DNA of 64,000 nt. Origin: Centroscyllium fabricii (Eukaryota). Of the stretch, positions 14,789 through 30,300 are shown piece by piece (within the stretch, counting starts at the first letter, position 1; each line of letters opens with the position of its first letter). Both the position numbers and the translations under genes were made by a program. A model generated the notes under the pieces. That model worked only from the letters and a program-made list of their open reading frames with translations. It was not told where the DNA came from and ran no database searches. The stretch spans positions 2,976,001 to 3,040,000 of the forward strand of contig JBNRSN020000089.1 of the NCBI GenBank assembly GCA_051313645.2, given 5' to 3'.

Positions 14789-17700
14789 ATATCCATCTGC
14801 GTACAATACATCAGACATTGTCCGTCTGTGTACAATACATCACACAATGTCCATCTGTGAACAATACATCAGACAATGTCCAACTGTGTACAATACATCA
14901 GACATTGTCCATCTGTGAACAATACATCAGACAATATTCATCTGTGTACAATACATCAGACAATGTCCATCTGTGAACAATACATCAGACAATGTCCATC
15001 TGTGAACAATACCTCAGACATTGTCCATCTGTGTACAATACATCAGAGATTGTCCATCTGCGTACAATACTTCAGACATTTTCCATCTGTGTACAATACA
15101 TCAGACAATATCCATCTGTGTACAATACATTAGACAATGTCCATCTGTGAACAATACATCAGACAGTGTTCATCTGTGAACAATAGATCAGACAATGTCC
15201 AGCTGTGTACAATAAATCAGACAATTTCCATCTGTGAACATTACATCACACAATGTGCATCTGTGTACAATATATCAGAAAATTTACATCTGTGAACAAT
15301 CCATAAGACAATATCCACCTGTGTACAGTACATCAGACAATGTGCATCTGTGTACAATAGATCAGAAAATGTCCATGTGTGAACAATACATAAGACATTA
15401 TCCATCTGTGTACAATACATCAGACATTATCCATCTGTGTACAATATATCAGATAATTTCCATCTGTGAAAAATACATAAGACATTATCCATCTGTGTAC
15501 AATATATCAGACAATGTCCATTTGTGAACAAAACATCAGACAATATCCATCTGTGAACAATACATCAGACAATGTCCATCTGTGTACAATACATCAGACA
15601 ATATCCATCTGTGTACAGTACATCAGATAATGTCCATCTGTGTACAATACATCAGAAAATATCCATCTGTGTAAAATACATCACACAATGTCCATCTGTG
15701 AACAATACATCTGACAATGTCCATCTGTGTACAATACAACAGACAATGTCCATCTGTGTACAGTACATCAGACAATGTCCATCGGTTTACAGAACATCAG
15801 ACAATGTCCTTCTGCCTACAGTGCATCAGATCATGTCCATCTGTATACAATACATCAGACATTGTCCATCTGTGTACAATATATCAGAAAATGTCCATCT
15901 GTGTACTATATATTTGAAAATGTCCATCTGTGAACAATCCATATGACAATATCCATCTGTGAACAATACATCAGATATTATCCATCTGTGTACAATCCAT
16001 CAGAAAATGACCATCTGTGAATAATACATAAGACATTATCCATCAGTGTACAACACATCAGACAATGTCCATTTGTGAACAAAACATCAGACAATATCCA
16101 TCTGTGAACAATACATCAGACAATGTCCATCTGTGTACAATACATCAGACAATATCCAGCTGTGTACAATACATCAGACAATATCCATCTGTGTACAGTA
16201 CATCAGACAATGTCCATCTGTGTACAATACATCAGACAATATCCATCTGTGTACAATACATCAGACAATGTCCATCTGTGAACAATACATCAGACAATGT
16301 CCATCTGTGCACAATACATCAGACATTATCGATCTGTGCTCATTACATCAGACAATATCCATCTGTGTACAATACATCAGATAATGTCCATCTGTGTACA
16401 TTCCATCAGACAATATCCATCTGTGTACAAGACATCGGAAAATGTCCATCTGTGTAGAGTACATCAGACACTATCCATCTGTGAACAATACATCATACAA
16501 TGTCCATCTGTGTACAATACATCAGACAATGTCCAGCTGTGTAGAAAACATCAGACAATGTCCATCTGTGAACAATACATCAGAGAATGTCCATCTGTGT
16601 ACAATACATCAGACAATGTCCATCTGTGTACAATACATCAGCTAATATGCGCCTGTGTACAATACATCAGACAATGTCCATCTGTGTACAATACATCAGA
16701 CAATGTCCATCTGTGAACAGTACATCAGACAATATCCATCTGTGTACAATAGATCAGCCAATGTCCATCTGTGTACAATACATCAGACAATATCCATCTG
16801 TGAACAATACATCAGACATTATCCATCTGTGTACAATACATCAGATATTGACCATCTGTGAACAATACATCAGACATTATCCATCTGTGTACAATACATC
16901 AGACAATATCCATCTGTGTACAATATATCAGAGAATGTCCAACTGTGAGCAATACATCAGACAATGTCCATTTGTGTACAATACATCAGACATTATCCAT
17001 CTGTGAACAATACATCAGACAATATCCATCTGGGTTCAATACATCAGACATTATCCATCTGTGTACAATACATCAGACATTATCCATCTGTGAACAATAC
17101 ATCAGACAATATCCATCTGTGTACAATACATCAGACAAATGTCCATCTGTGTACAATACATCAGACAATATCCATCTGTGTACAATACATCGGACAATGT
17201 CCATCTGTGTACAATACATCAGACAATATCCATCTGTGAACAGTACATTAAAAAATGTCCATCTGTGTACAATACATCAGACATTATCCATCTGTGAACA
17301 ATACATCAGACAATATCCATCTGTGTACAATACATCAGACAATATCCATCTGTGTACAATACATCAGAAAATGTCCATCTGTGTACAATACATCAGACAA
17401 TATCCATCTGTGTACACTATATCAGCCATTATCGATCTGCGAACAATAGTGCAGATATTATCCATCTGTGTACAATACATCAGACATTGTCCAACTGTGT
17501 ACAATACATCAGACATTATCCATCTGTGTACATTACATCAGACAATATCCATCTGTGTACAATAAATCAGATAATGTCCATCTGTGTACATTCCATCAGA
17601 CAATATCCATCTGTGTACAATACATCGGAGAATGTCCATCTGTGTAGAGTACATCAGACAATATCCATCTGTGAACAATACATCAGACAATGTCCATCTG

Positions 17701-20700
17701 TGGACAATACATCAGACAATATCCAGCTGTGTAGAACATATCAGACAATGTCCATCTGTGAACAATACATCAGAGAATGTCCATCTGTGTACAATACATC
17801 AGACAATGTCCATCTGTGTGCAATACATCAGACAATATGCACCTGTGTACAATACATCAGACAATATCCATATGTGTACAATACATCAGACAATGTCCAT
17901 CTGTGGACAATACATCAGACAATATCCATCTGTGTACAAAACATCAGACAATGTCCATCTATGTACAATACATCAGACAATGACCATCTGTGTACAATAC
18001 ATCAGACAATGTCCATCTGTGGACAATACATCATACAGTATCCAGCTGTGTACAATACATCCTAAAAATGTTCATCTGTGTACAATACATCAGACAATAT
18101 CAATCAGTGTACAATACATCAGACAATTTCCACCTGTGTACAATACATCAGACAATATCCATCTGTGAACAATATATCAGAAAATGTCCATCTGTGCACA
18201 ATACATAAGACATTATCAATCTGTGTACAATACATCAGATATTATCCATCTGTGTAGAATACATCAGACAATAGCCATCTCTGTATAATACATCAGAAAA
18301 AGTCCATCTGTGTACAATACATCAGACATTATTCATCTGTGAACAATACATCAGACAATATCCATCTGTGTACAAAAAATCTGACAATATCCAACTGTGT
18401 ACAATACATCAGAAAATGTCCACCTGTGTACAATACATCAGACATTATCCATCTGAGAACAATACATCAGACATTATCCATCTGTGTACAAAATATCAGA
18501 CATTGTCCATCTGTGAACAATACATCAGACATTATCCATCTGTCTACAATATATCAGACAATATCCATCTGTGTACAATACATCAGAGAATGTCCATCTG
18601 TGAACAATACATCAGACAATATCCATCTGTGTAAAATCCATCAGAAAATGTCCATCTGTGAACAATACTTAAGACAATATCCATCTGTGTACAATACATC
18701 AGACATTATCCATCTGTGTACAATACATCAGAGTATGTCCATCTGTGTACAATACTTCAGACATTGTCCCTCTATGTACAATACATCAGACAATGTCCAT
18801 CTGTGAACAATACATCAGACAATGTCCATCTGTGTACAATACATCAGACAATGTCCATCTGTGTACAATACTTCAGACAATGACCATCTGTGAACAATAC
18901 ATCAGACAATATTCATCTGTGTACAATACATCAGACAATGTCCTTCTGTGTACAATACATCAGACAATGTCCATCTGTGAACAATACATCAGACAATGTC
19001 CAACTGTGTACAATACATCAGACAATGTCCATCTGTGTACAATACATCAGACATTCCATCTGTGTACAAGACATCAGAAAATGTCCATCTGTGTACAGTG
19101 CATCAGACAATGTCCTCTGTGAACAATACAACATACAATATCCATCTGCGTACAAAATATCAGACATTGTCCATCTGTGAACAATACATCAGACAATATC
19201 CATCTGTGTACAATACATCAGATTTTGTCCCTCTGTGTACAATACATCAGACAATGTCCATCTGTGAACAATATATCAGACAATGTCCATCTGTGTACAA
19301 TACATCAGACACTGTCCATCTGTGAACAAAACATCAGACAATATCCATCTGTGTACAATACATCAGTCAATGTCCATCTGTGAACAATACATCAGACAAT
19401 GTCCATCTGTGAACAATATATCAGACATTGTCCATCTGTGTACAATACATCAGAGATTGTCCATCTGTGTACAATACATCAGACATTGTCCATCTGTGTA
19501 CAATACATCAGACAATATTCATCTGTGTACAATACATTAGACAATGTCCATCTGTGAACAATACATCAGACAATGTTCATCTGTGAACAATACATCAGAC
19601 AATGTCCATCTGTGTACAATACATCAGACTATATCCATCTGTGATCAATACATCAGACAATGTCCATCTGTGTACAATATATCCGAAAAATTCCATCTGT
19701 GAACAATCCATAAGACAATATCCATCTGTATACAGTACATCAGACAATGTGCATCTGTGTACAATACATCAGATAATGTCCATCTGTGAACAATACATAA
19801 GACATTATCTATCTGTGTACAATACATCAGACAATGTCCATTTGTGAAAAAAACATCAGACAATATACCATCTGTGAACAATACATCAGACAATGTCCAT
19901 CTGTGTACAATACATCAGACAATTTCCAACTGTGTACAATACATCAGACAATATCCATCTGTGTACAGTACATCAGATAATGTCCATCTGTGTACTATAC
20001 ATCAGAAAATATCCATCTGTGTACAATACATCACACAATGTCCATCGGTGCACAATACATCAGACAATGTCCATCTGTGTACAATACATCAGACAATGTC
20101 CATCTGTGTACAGTACACCAGACAATGTCCATCTGTGTACAGTACATCAGACAATGTCCTTCTGTGTACAGTACATCAGATCATGTGCATCTGTGTACAA
20201 TACATCAGACATTTTCCATCTGTGAACAATACATCAGAAAATGTCCATCTGTGTTCAATATATCAGAAAATGTCCATCTGTGAACAATCCATAAGACAAT
20301 ATCCATCTGTGAACAATACATCAGACATTAACCATCTGTGTACAATACATCAGAAAATGACCATCTTTGAACAATGAATAAGACATTATCCATCTGTGTA
20401 CAATACATCAGACAATGTCCATTTGTGAACAAAATATCAGACAATATCCATCTGCGAACAATACATCAGACAATGTCCATCTGTGTACAATACATCAGAC
20501 AATATCCATCTGTGTACAATACATCAAACAATATCAATCTGTGTACAGTACATCAGACAATATCCATCTGTGTACAATACATCAGACAATGTCCATCTGT
20601 GAACAATACATCAGGCAATGTTCATCTGTGTACAATACATCAGAAAATATCCATCTGTGAACAATACATAAGACATTATCCATCTGTGTACAATACATTA

Positions 20701-23700
20701 GACATTATCCATCTGTGTACAATACATCAGCAAATGTCCATCTGTGAACAATACATATGAAATTATCCATCTGTGTACAATACATCAGACATTATCCGTC
20801 TGTGAACAATACATCAGACAATATCCATCTGTGTAAAATACATCAGACAAATGTCCATCTGTGTACAATATATCAGACAATATCCAACTGTGTACAATAC
20901 ATCAGACAATGTCCATCTGTGTACATTACATCAGACAGTATACATCTGTGAACAATACATCAGAAAATGTCCATCTGTGTACAATACATCAGACATTATC
21001 CATCTGTGAACAATACATCAGACAATATCCATCTGTGTACAATACATCTGACAATATCCATCTGTGTACAATACATCAGAAAATGTCCATCTGTGTACAA
21101 TACATCAGACAATATCCATCTGTGTACAATACATCAGCCATTATCCATCTGTGAACAATAGAGCAGACATTATCCATCTGTGTACAATACATCAGACATT
21201 GTCCAACTGTGAACAATACATCAGACATTATCCATCTGTGTACAATACATCAGACAATATCCATCTTTGTACAATAAATCAAGTAATGTCCATCTGTTTA
21301 CATTCCAACAGACAATATCCATCTGTGTACAATACGTCAGAGAATGTCCATCTGTGTAGAGTACATCAGACAATATCCATCCGTGAACAATACATCAGAC
21401 AATGTCCTTCTGTGTACAATACATCAGACAATATCCAGCTGTGTAGAATACATCAGTCAATGTCCATCTGTGAACAATACATCAGAAAATGTCCATCTGT
21501 GTACAATACATCAGACAATGTCCATCTGTGTACAATACATCAGACAATATGCACCTGTGTACAATACATCAGACAATGTCCATCTGTGAAAAATACATCA
21601 GACAATGTCCATCTGTGAACAGACAATATCCATCTCTGTACAATACATCAGACAATGTCCATCTTTGTACAATACATCAGACAATGTCCTTCTGTGTACA
21701 ATACATCAGACAAATGTCGATCTGTGTACAATACATCAGACAATATCCATCTGTGAACAATACATCAGACAGTGCCCATCTGTGTACAATAAATCAGACA
21801 ATATCCATCTTTGTACAATACATCAGATAATGTCCATCTGTGAACAATACATCAGACAATATCCAGCTGTGTACAATACATCAGAAAAATGTCCATCTGT
21901 GTACAATACATCAGACAATATCCATCAGTGTACAATAAATCAGACAATATCCACCTGTGTACAATATATCAGACAATATCCATCTGTGAACAATATATCA
22001 GAAAATGTCCATCTGCGCACAATATATAAGACATTATCAATCTGTGTACAATACATCAGACATTATGCATCTGTGTAGAATACATCAGACAATATCCATC
22101 TGTGAATAATACATCAGAAAATGTCCATCTGTGTACAATATATCAGACATTATCCATCTGTGAACATTACATCAGACAATATCCATCAGTGTACAATACA
22201 TCAAACAATATCCATTTATGTACAATAAATCAGAAAATGTCCATCTGTGTACAATACATCAGACAGTATCCATCTGTGTACAGTACATCAGACAATGTCC
22301 ATCTGTGTACAATACATCAGACAATATCCATCTGTGTACAATACATCAGACAATATCCATCTGTGTACAGTATATCAGACAATGTCCATCTGTGTACAAT
22401 ACATCAGACAATATCCATCTGTGTACAATACATCAGACAATGTCCATCTGTGAACAATACATCAGACAATGTCCATCTGTGCACAATACATCAGACATTA
22501 TCCATCTGCGTACATTACATCAGACAATATCCATCTGTGTACAATACATCAGATAATGTCCATCTGTGTACATTCCATCAGACAATATCCATCTGTGTAC
22601 AAGACATCGGAGAATGTCCATCTGTGTATAGTACATCAGACACTATCCATCTGTGAACAATACATCAGACAATGTCAATCTGTATACAATACATCAGACA
22701 ATATCCAGCTGTGTAGAATATATCAGACAATGTCCATCTGTGAACAATACATCAGAGAATGTCCATCTGTGTACAATACATCAGACAATGTCCATCTGTG
22801 TACAATACATCAGACAATATGCGCCTGTGTACAATACATCAGACAATGTCCATCTGTGTACAGTACATCAGACAATGTCCATCTGTGAACAATATATCAG
22901 ACAATATCCATCTGTGTACAATAGATCAGCCAATGTCCATCTGTGTGCAATACATCAGACAATATCCATCTGTGAACAATACATCAGATATTATCCATCT
23001 GTGTACAATACATCAGACATTGACCATCTGTGAACAATACATCAGACATTATCCAGCTGTGTATAATACATCAGACAATATCCATCTGTGTATAATATAT
23101 CAGAGAATGTCCAACTGTGAACAATACATCAGGCAATGTCCATTTGTGTACAATACATCAGACATTATCCATCTGTGAACAATACATCAGACAATATCCA
23201 TCTGTGTTCAATACATCAGAAATTATCCATCTGTGTACAATACATCAGACATTATCCATCTGTGAACAATACATCAGACAATATCCATCTGTGTACAATA
23301 CATCAGACAAATGTCCATCTGTGTACAATACATCAGACAATATCCATCTGTGTACAATACATCAGACAATGTCCATCTGTGTACAATACATCAGACAATA
23401 TCCATCTGTGAACAGTACATTAAAAAATGTCCATCTGTGTACAATACATCAGACATTATCCATCTGTGAACAATACATCAGACAATATCCATCTGTGTAC
23501 AATACATCAGACAATATCCATCTGTGTACAATACATCAGAAAATGTCCATCTGTGTACAATACATCAGACAATATCCATCTGTGTACAATATATCAGCCA
23601 TTATCGATCTGCGAACAATAGAGCAGATATTATCCATCTGTGTACAATACATCAGACATTGTCCAACTGTGTACAATACATCAGACATTATCCATCTGTG

Positions 23701-24359
23701 TACAAAAGTCAGATAATATCCATCTGTGTACCTTCCATCAGACAATATCCATCTGTGTACAATACATCGGAGAATGTCCATCTGTGTAGAGTACATCAGA
23801 AAATATCCATCTGTGAACAATACATCAGACAATGTCCATCTCTGTACAATACATCAGACAATATCCAGCTGTGTAGAACATATCAGACAATTTCCATCTG
23901 TGAACAATACATCAGAGAATGTTAATCTGTGTACAATACATCAGACAATGTCCATCTGTGTACAATACATCAGACAATATGCACCTATGTACAATACATC
24001 AGACAATATCCATATGTGTACAATACATCAGACAATGTCCATCTGTGGACAATACATCAGACAATATCCATCTGTGTACAATATATCACAGAATGTCCAA
24101 CTGTGAACAATACATCAGACAATGTCCATTTGTGTACAATACATCAGACATTATCCACCTGTGAACAATACATCAGACAATATCCATCTGTGTTCAATAC
24201 ATCAGACATTATCCATCTGTGTACAATACATCAGACATTATCCATCTGTGAACAATACATCAGACAATGTCCATCTATGTACAATACATCAGACAATATC
24301 CAGCTGTGTAGAACATGTCAGACAATTTCCATCTGTGAACAATACATCAGAGAATGACC

Positions 24360-27300
24360 ATCTGTGTTCATTCCATCAGACAATATCCATCTGTGTACAA
24401 TACATCGGAGAATGTCCATCTGTGTAGAGTACATCAGACAATATCCATCTGTGAACAATACGTCAGACAATGTCCATCTGTGTACAATACATCAAACAAT
24501 ATCCAGCTGTGTAGAATACATCAGACAATGTCCATCTGTGAACAATACATCAGAGAATGTCCATCTGTGTACAATACATCAGACAATGTCCATCTGTGTA
24601 CAATACATCAGACAATATGCACCTGTGTACAATACATCAGACAATGTCCATCTGTGTACAATACATCAGACATTGTCCATCTGTGAACAATACATCAGAC
24701 CATATCTATCTGTGTACAATACATCAGACAATGTCCATCTGTGCACAATACATCAGACAATGACCATCTGTGTACAATACATCAGACAAATGTCCATCTG
24801 TGTACAATACATCAGACAATATCCATCTGTGAACAATATATCAGACAGTGTCCATCTGTGTACAATAAATCAGACAATGTCCATCTGTGAACAATACATC
24901 AGACAATATCCAGCTGTGTACAATATATCAGAAAAATATCCATCTGTGTACAATACATCAGACAATATCCATCAGTGTACAATATATCAGACAATTTCCA
25001 CCTGTGTACAATACATCAGACAATATCCATCCGTGAACAATATATCAGAAAATTTCCATCTGTGCACAATACATAAGACATTATCAATCTGTGTACAATA
25101 CATCAGACATTATCCATCTGTGTAGAATACATCAGACAATATCCATCTCTGTATAATACATCAGAAAATGTCCATCTGTGTACAATACATCAGACATTAT
25201 CCATCTGTGAACAATACATCAGACAATATCAATCGGTGTACAAAAATTCAGACAATGTCCAACTGTGTACAATACATCAGAATATGTCCATCTGTGTACA
25301 ATACATCAGACAATATCCATATGTGTACAATACATCAGACTTTATCCATCTGTGAACAATACATCAGACATTATCCATCTGTGTACAATACATCAGACAT
25401 TGTCCATCTGTGAACAATACATCAGACATTATCCATCTGTGTACAATACATCAGACAATATCCATCTGTGTACAATACATCAGAGAATGTCCATCTGTGA
25501 ACAACACATCAGACAATATCCATCTGTGTAGAATACATCAGAAAATGTCCATCTGAGAACAATACATAAGACATTATCCATCTGTGTACAATACATCAGA
25601 CGTTATCCATCTGTGAACAATACATGAGAAAATGTACATCTGTGTGCAATCCATCAGACAATATCCATGTGTGTACAATACATCAGAGAATGTCCATCTG
25701 TGTACAGTACATCAGACATTATCCATCTGTGAACAATAATTCAGACAATGTCCATCTTTGCACAATATATCAGACAATATCCATCTGTGTACAATACATC
25801 AGACAATGTCCATCTGTGAACAATATATCAGACAATGTCCATCTGTGGACAATATATCATACAATATCCAGCTGTGTACAATACATCCTAAAAATGTTCA
25901 TCTGTGTACAATACATCAGACAATATCAATCAGTGTACAATACATCAGACAATTTCCACCTGTGTACAATACATCAGACAATATCCATCTGTGAACAATA
26001 TATCAGAAAATGTCCATCTGTGCACAATACATAAGACATTATCAATCTGTGTACAATACATCAGACATTATCCATCTGTGTAGAATACATCAGACAATAT
26101 CCATCCCTGTATAATATATCAGAAAAATATCCATCTGTGTACAATACATCAGACAATATCCATCAGTGTACAATATATCAGACAATTTCCACCTGTGTAC
26201 AATACATCAGACAATATCCATCTGTGAACAATATATCAGAAAATTTCCATCTGTGCACAATACATAAGACATTATTAATCTGTGTACAATACATCAGACA
26301 TTATCCATCTGTGTAGAATACATCAGACAATATCCATCTCTGTATAATACATCAGAAAATGTCCATCTGTGTACAATACATCAGACATTATCCATCTGTG
26401 AACAATACATCAGACAATATCAATCGGTGTACAAAAATTCAGACAATATCCAACTGTGTACAATACATCAGAAAATGTCCATCTGTGTACAATACATCAG
26501 ACAATATCCATATGTGTACAATACATCAGACTTTATCCATCTGTGAACAATACATCAGACATTATCCATCTGTGTACAATACATCAGACATTGTCCATCT
26601 GTGAACAATACATCAGACATTATCCATCTGTGTACAATACATCAGACAATATCCATCTGTGTACAATACATCAGAGAATGTCCATCTGTGAACAACACAT
26701 CAGACAATATCCATCTGTGTAGAATACATCAGAAAATGTCCATCTGTGAACAATACATAAGACATTATCCATCTGTGTACAATACATCAGACGTTATCCA
26801 TCTGTGAACAATACATGAGAAAATGTACATCTGTGTGCAATCCATCAGACAATATCCATGTGTGTACAATATATCAGAGAATGTCCATCTGTGTACAGTA
26901 CATCAGACATTATCCATCTGTGAACAATAATTCAGACAATGTCCATCTGTGCACAATACATCAGACAATATCCATCTGTGTACAATACATCAGACAATGT
27001 CCATCTGTGAACAATATATCAGACAATGTCCATCTGTGGACAATATATCATACAATATCCAGCTGTGTACAATACATCCTAAAAATGTTCATCTGTGTAC
27101 AATACATCAGACAATATCAATCAGTGTACAATACATCAGACAATTTCCACCTGTGTACAATACATCAGGCAATATCCATCTGTGAACAATATATCAGAAA
27201 ATGTCCATCTGTGCACAATACATAAGACATTATCAATCTGTGTACAATACATCAGACATTATCCATCTGTGTAGAATACATCAGACAATATCCATCTCTG

Positions 27301-30300
27301 TATAATACATCAGAAAATGTCCATCTGTGTACAATACATCAGACATTATACATCTGTGAACAATACATCAGACAATATCCATCTGTGTACAAAAAATCTG
27401 ACAATATCCAACTGTGTACAATACATCAGAAAATGTCCATCTGTGTACAATACATCAGACATTATCCATCTGTGAACAATACATCAGACATTATCCATCT
27501 GTGTACAATATATCAGACATTGTCCGTCTGTGAACAATACATCAGACATTATCCACCTGTGTACAATACATCAGACAATATCCATCTGTGTACAATACAT
27601 CAGAGAATGTCCATCTGTGAACAATACATCAGACAATATCCATCTGTGTAAAATACATCAGAAAATGTCCATCTGTGAACAATATATAAGACATTATCCA
27701 TCTGTGTACAATACATCAGACATTATCCATCTGTGTACAATACATGATAAAATGTCCATCTGTGTGCAATCCATCAGACAATATCCATCTGTTTACAATA
27801 CATCAGAGAATGTCCATCTGTGTACAATACATCAGACATTGTCCCTCTATGTACAATACATCAGACAATGTCCATCTGTGAACAATACATCAGACAATGT
27901 CCATCTGTGTACAATACATCAGAAAATGTCCATCTGTGAACAATACATCAGACAATATTCATCTGTGTACAATACATCAGACAATGTCCATCTGTGTACA
28001 ATACATCAGACAATGCCCATCTGAGAACAATACATCAGATAATGTCCATCTGTGTACAATACATCAGACATTGTCCATCTGTGTACAATACATCAGACAT
28101 TCCATCTTTGTACAAGACATCAGAAAATGTCCATCTGTGTACAATGCATCAGACACTGTCCTCTGTGAACAATACATCAGACAATATCCATCTGTGTACA
28201 AAATATCAGACATTGTCCATCTGTGAACAATACATAGACAATATCCATCTGTGTACAATACATCAGACATTGTCCCTCTGTGTACAATACATCAGACAAT
28301 GTCCATCTGTGAACAATACATCAGACAATATCCATCTGTGTACAATACATCAAACAATATCCATCTATGTACAATAAATCAGAAAATGTCCATCTGTGTA
28401 CAATACATCAGACAGTATCCATCTGTGTACAGTACATCAGAAAATGTCCATCTGTGTACAATACATCAGACAATATCCATCTGTGTACAATACATCAGAC
28501 AATATCCATCTGTGTACAGTACATCAGACAATGTCCATCTGTGTACAATACATCAGACAATATCCATCCGTGTACAATACATCAGACAATGTCCATCTGT
28601 GAACAATACATCAGACAATGTCCATCTATGCACAATACATCAGACATTATCCATCTGTGTGCATTACATCAGACAATATCCATCTGTGTACAATATATCA
28701 GATAATGTCCATCTGTGTACATTCCATCAGACAATATCCATCTGTGTACAAGTCATCGGAGAATGTCCATCTGTGTATAGTACATCAGACACTATCTATC
28801 TGTGAACAATACATCAGACAATGTCCAACTGTGTATAATACATCAGACAATATCCAGCTGTGTAGAATATATCAGACAATGTCCATCTGTGAACAATACA
28901 TCAGAGAATGTCCATCTGTGTACAATACATCAGACAATGTCCATCTGTGTACAATACATCAGACAATATGCGCCTGTGTACAATACATCAGACAATGTCC
29001 ATCTGTGTACAATACATCAGACAATGTCCATCTGTGAACAATATATCAGACAATATCCATCTGTGTACAATAGATCAGCCAATGTCCATCTGTGTGCAAT
29101 ACATCAGACAATATCCATCTGTGAACAATATATCAGACATTATCCATCTGTGTACAATACATCAGACATTGACCATCTGTGAACAATACATCAGACATTA
29201 TCCATCTGTGTACAATACATCAGACAATATCCATCTGTGTACAATATATCAGAGAATGTCCAACTGTGAACAATACATCAGACAATGTCCATTTGTGTAC
29301 AATACATCAGACATTATCCACCTGTGAACAATACATCAGACAATATCCATCTGTGTTCAATACATCAGACATTATACATCTGTGTACAATACATCAGACA
29401 TTATCCATCTGTGAACAATACATCAGACAATGTCCATCTATGTACAATACATCAGACAATATCCAGCTGTGTAGAACATGTCAGACAATTTCCATCTGTG
29501 AACAATACATCAGAGAATGACCATCTGTGTACAATACATCAGACAATGGCCATCTGTATACAATACATCAGACAATATGCACCTATGTACAATACATCAG
29601 ACAATATCCATATGTGTACAATACATCAGACAATGTCCATCTGTGGACAATACATCAGACAATATCCATCTGTGTACAATACATCAGACAATGCCCATCT
29701 ATGTACAATACATCAGACAATGACCATCTGTGTACAATACATCAGACAAATGTCCATCTGTATACAATACATCAGACAATATCCATCTGTGAACAATATA
29801 TCAGGCAGTGTCCATCTGTGTACAATAAATCAGACAATATCCACCTTTGTACAATACATCAACCAATGTCCATCTGTGAACAATATATCAGACAATATCC
29901 AGCCGTGTACAATATATCAGAAAAATATCCATCTGTGTACAATACATCTGACAATATCCATCAGTGTACAATACATCAGACAATTTCCACCTGTGTATAA
30001 TACTTCAGACAATATCCATCTGTGAACAATATATCAGAACATGTCCATCTGTGCACAATACATAAGACATTATCAATCTGTGTACAATACATCAGACATT
30101 ATCCATCTGTGTAGAATACATCAGACAATATCCATCTCTGTATAATACATCAGAAAATGTCCATCTGTGTACAATACATCAGACATTATCCATCTGTGAA
30201 CAATACATCAGACAATCTCCATCTGTGTACAAAAATTCAGACAATATCCAACTGTGTACAATACATCAGAAAATGTCCATCTGTGTACAATACATCAGAC

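Noticed and set aside
13770-14976. ORFs 13770..14441 (+), 14283..14525 (-), 14529..14747 (-) and 14746..14976 (+)
   Set aside because: These are alternative-frame, antisense or satellite-LINE read-through frames over the CR1 fragment. Only the 14233 frame has recognisable protein motifs.
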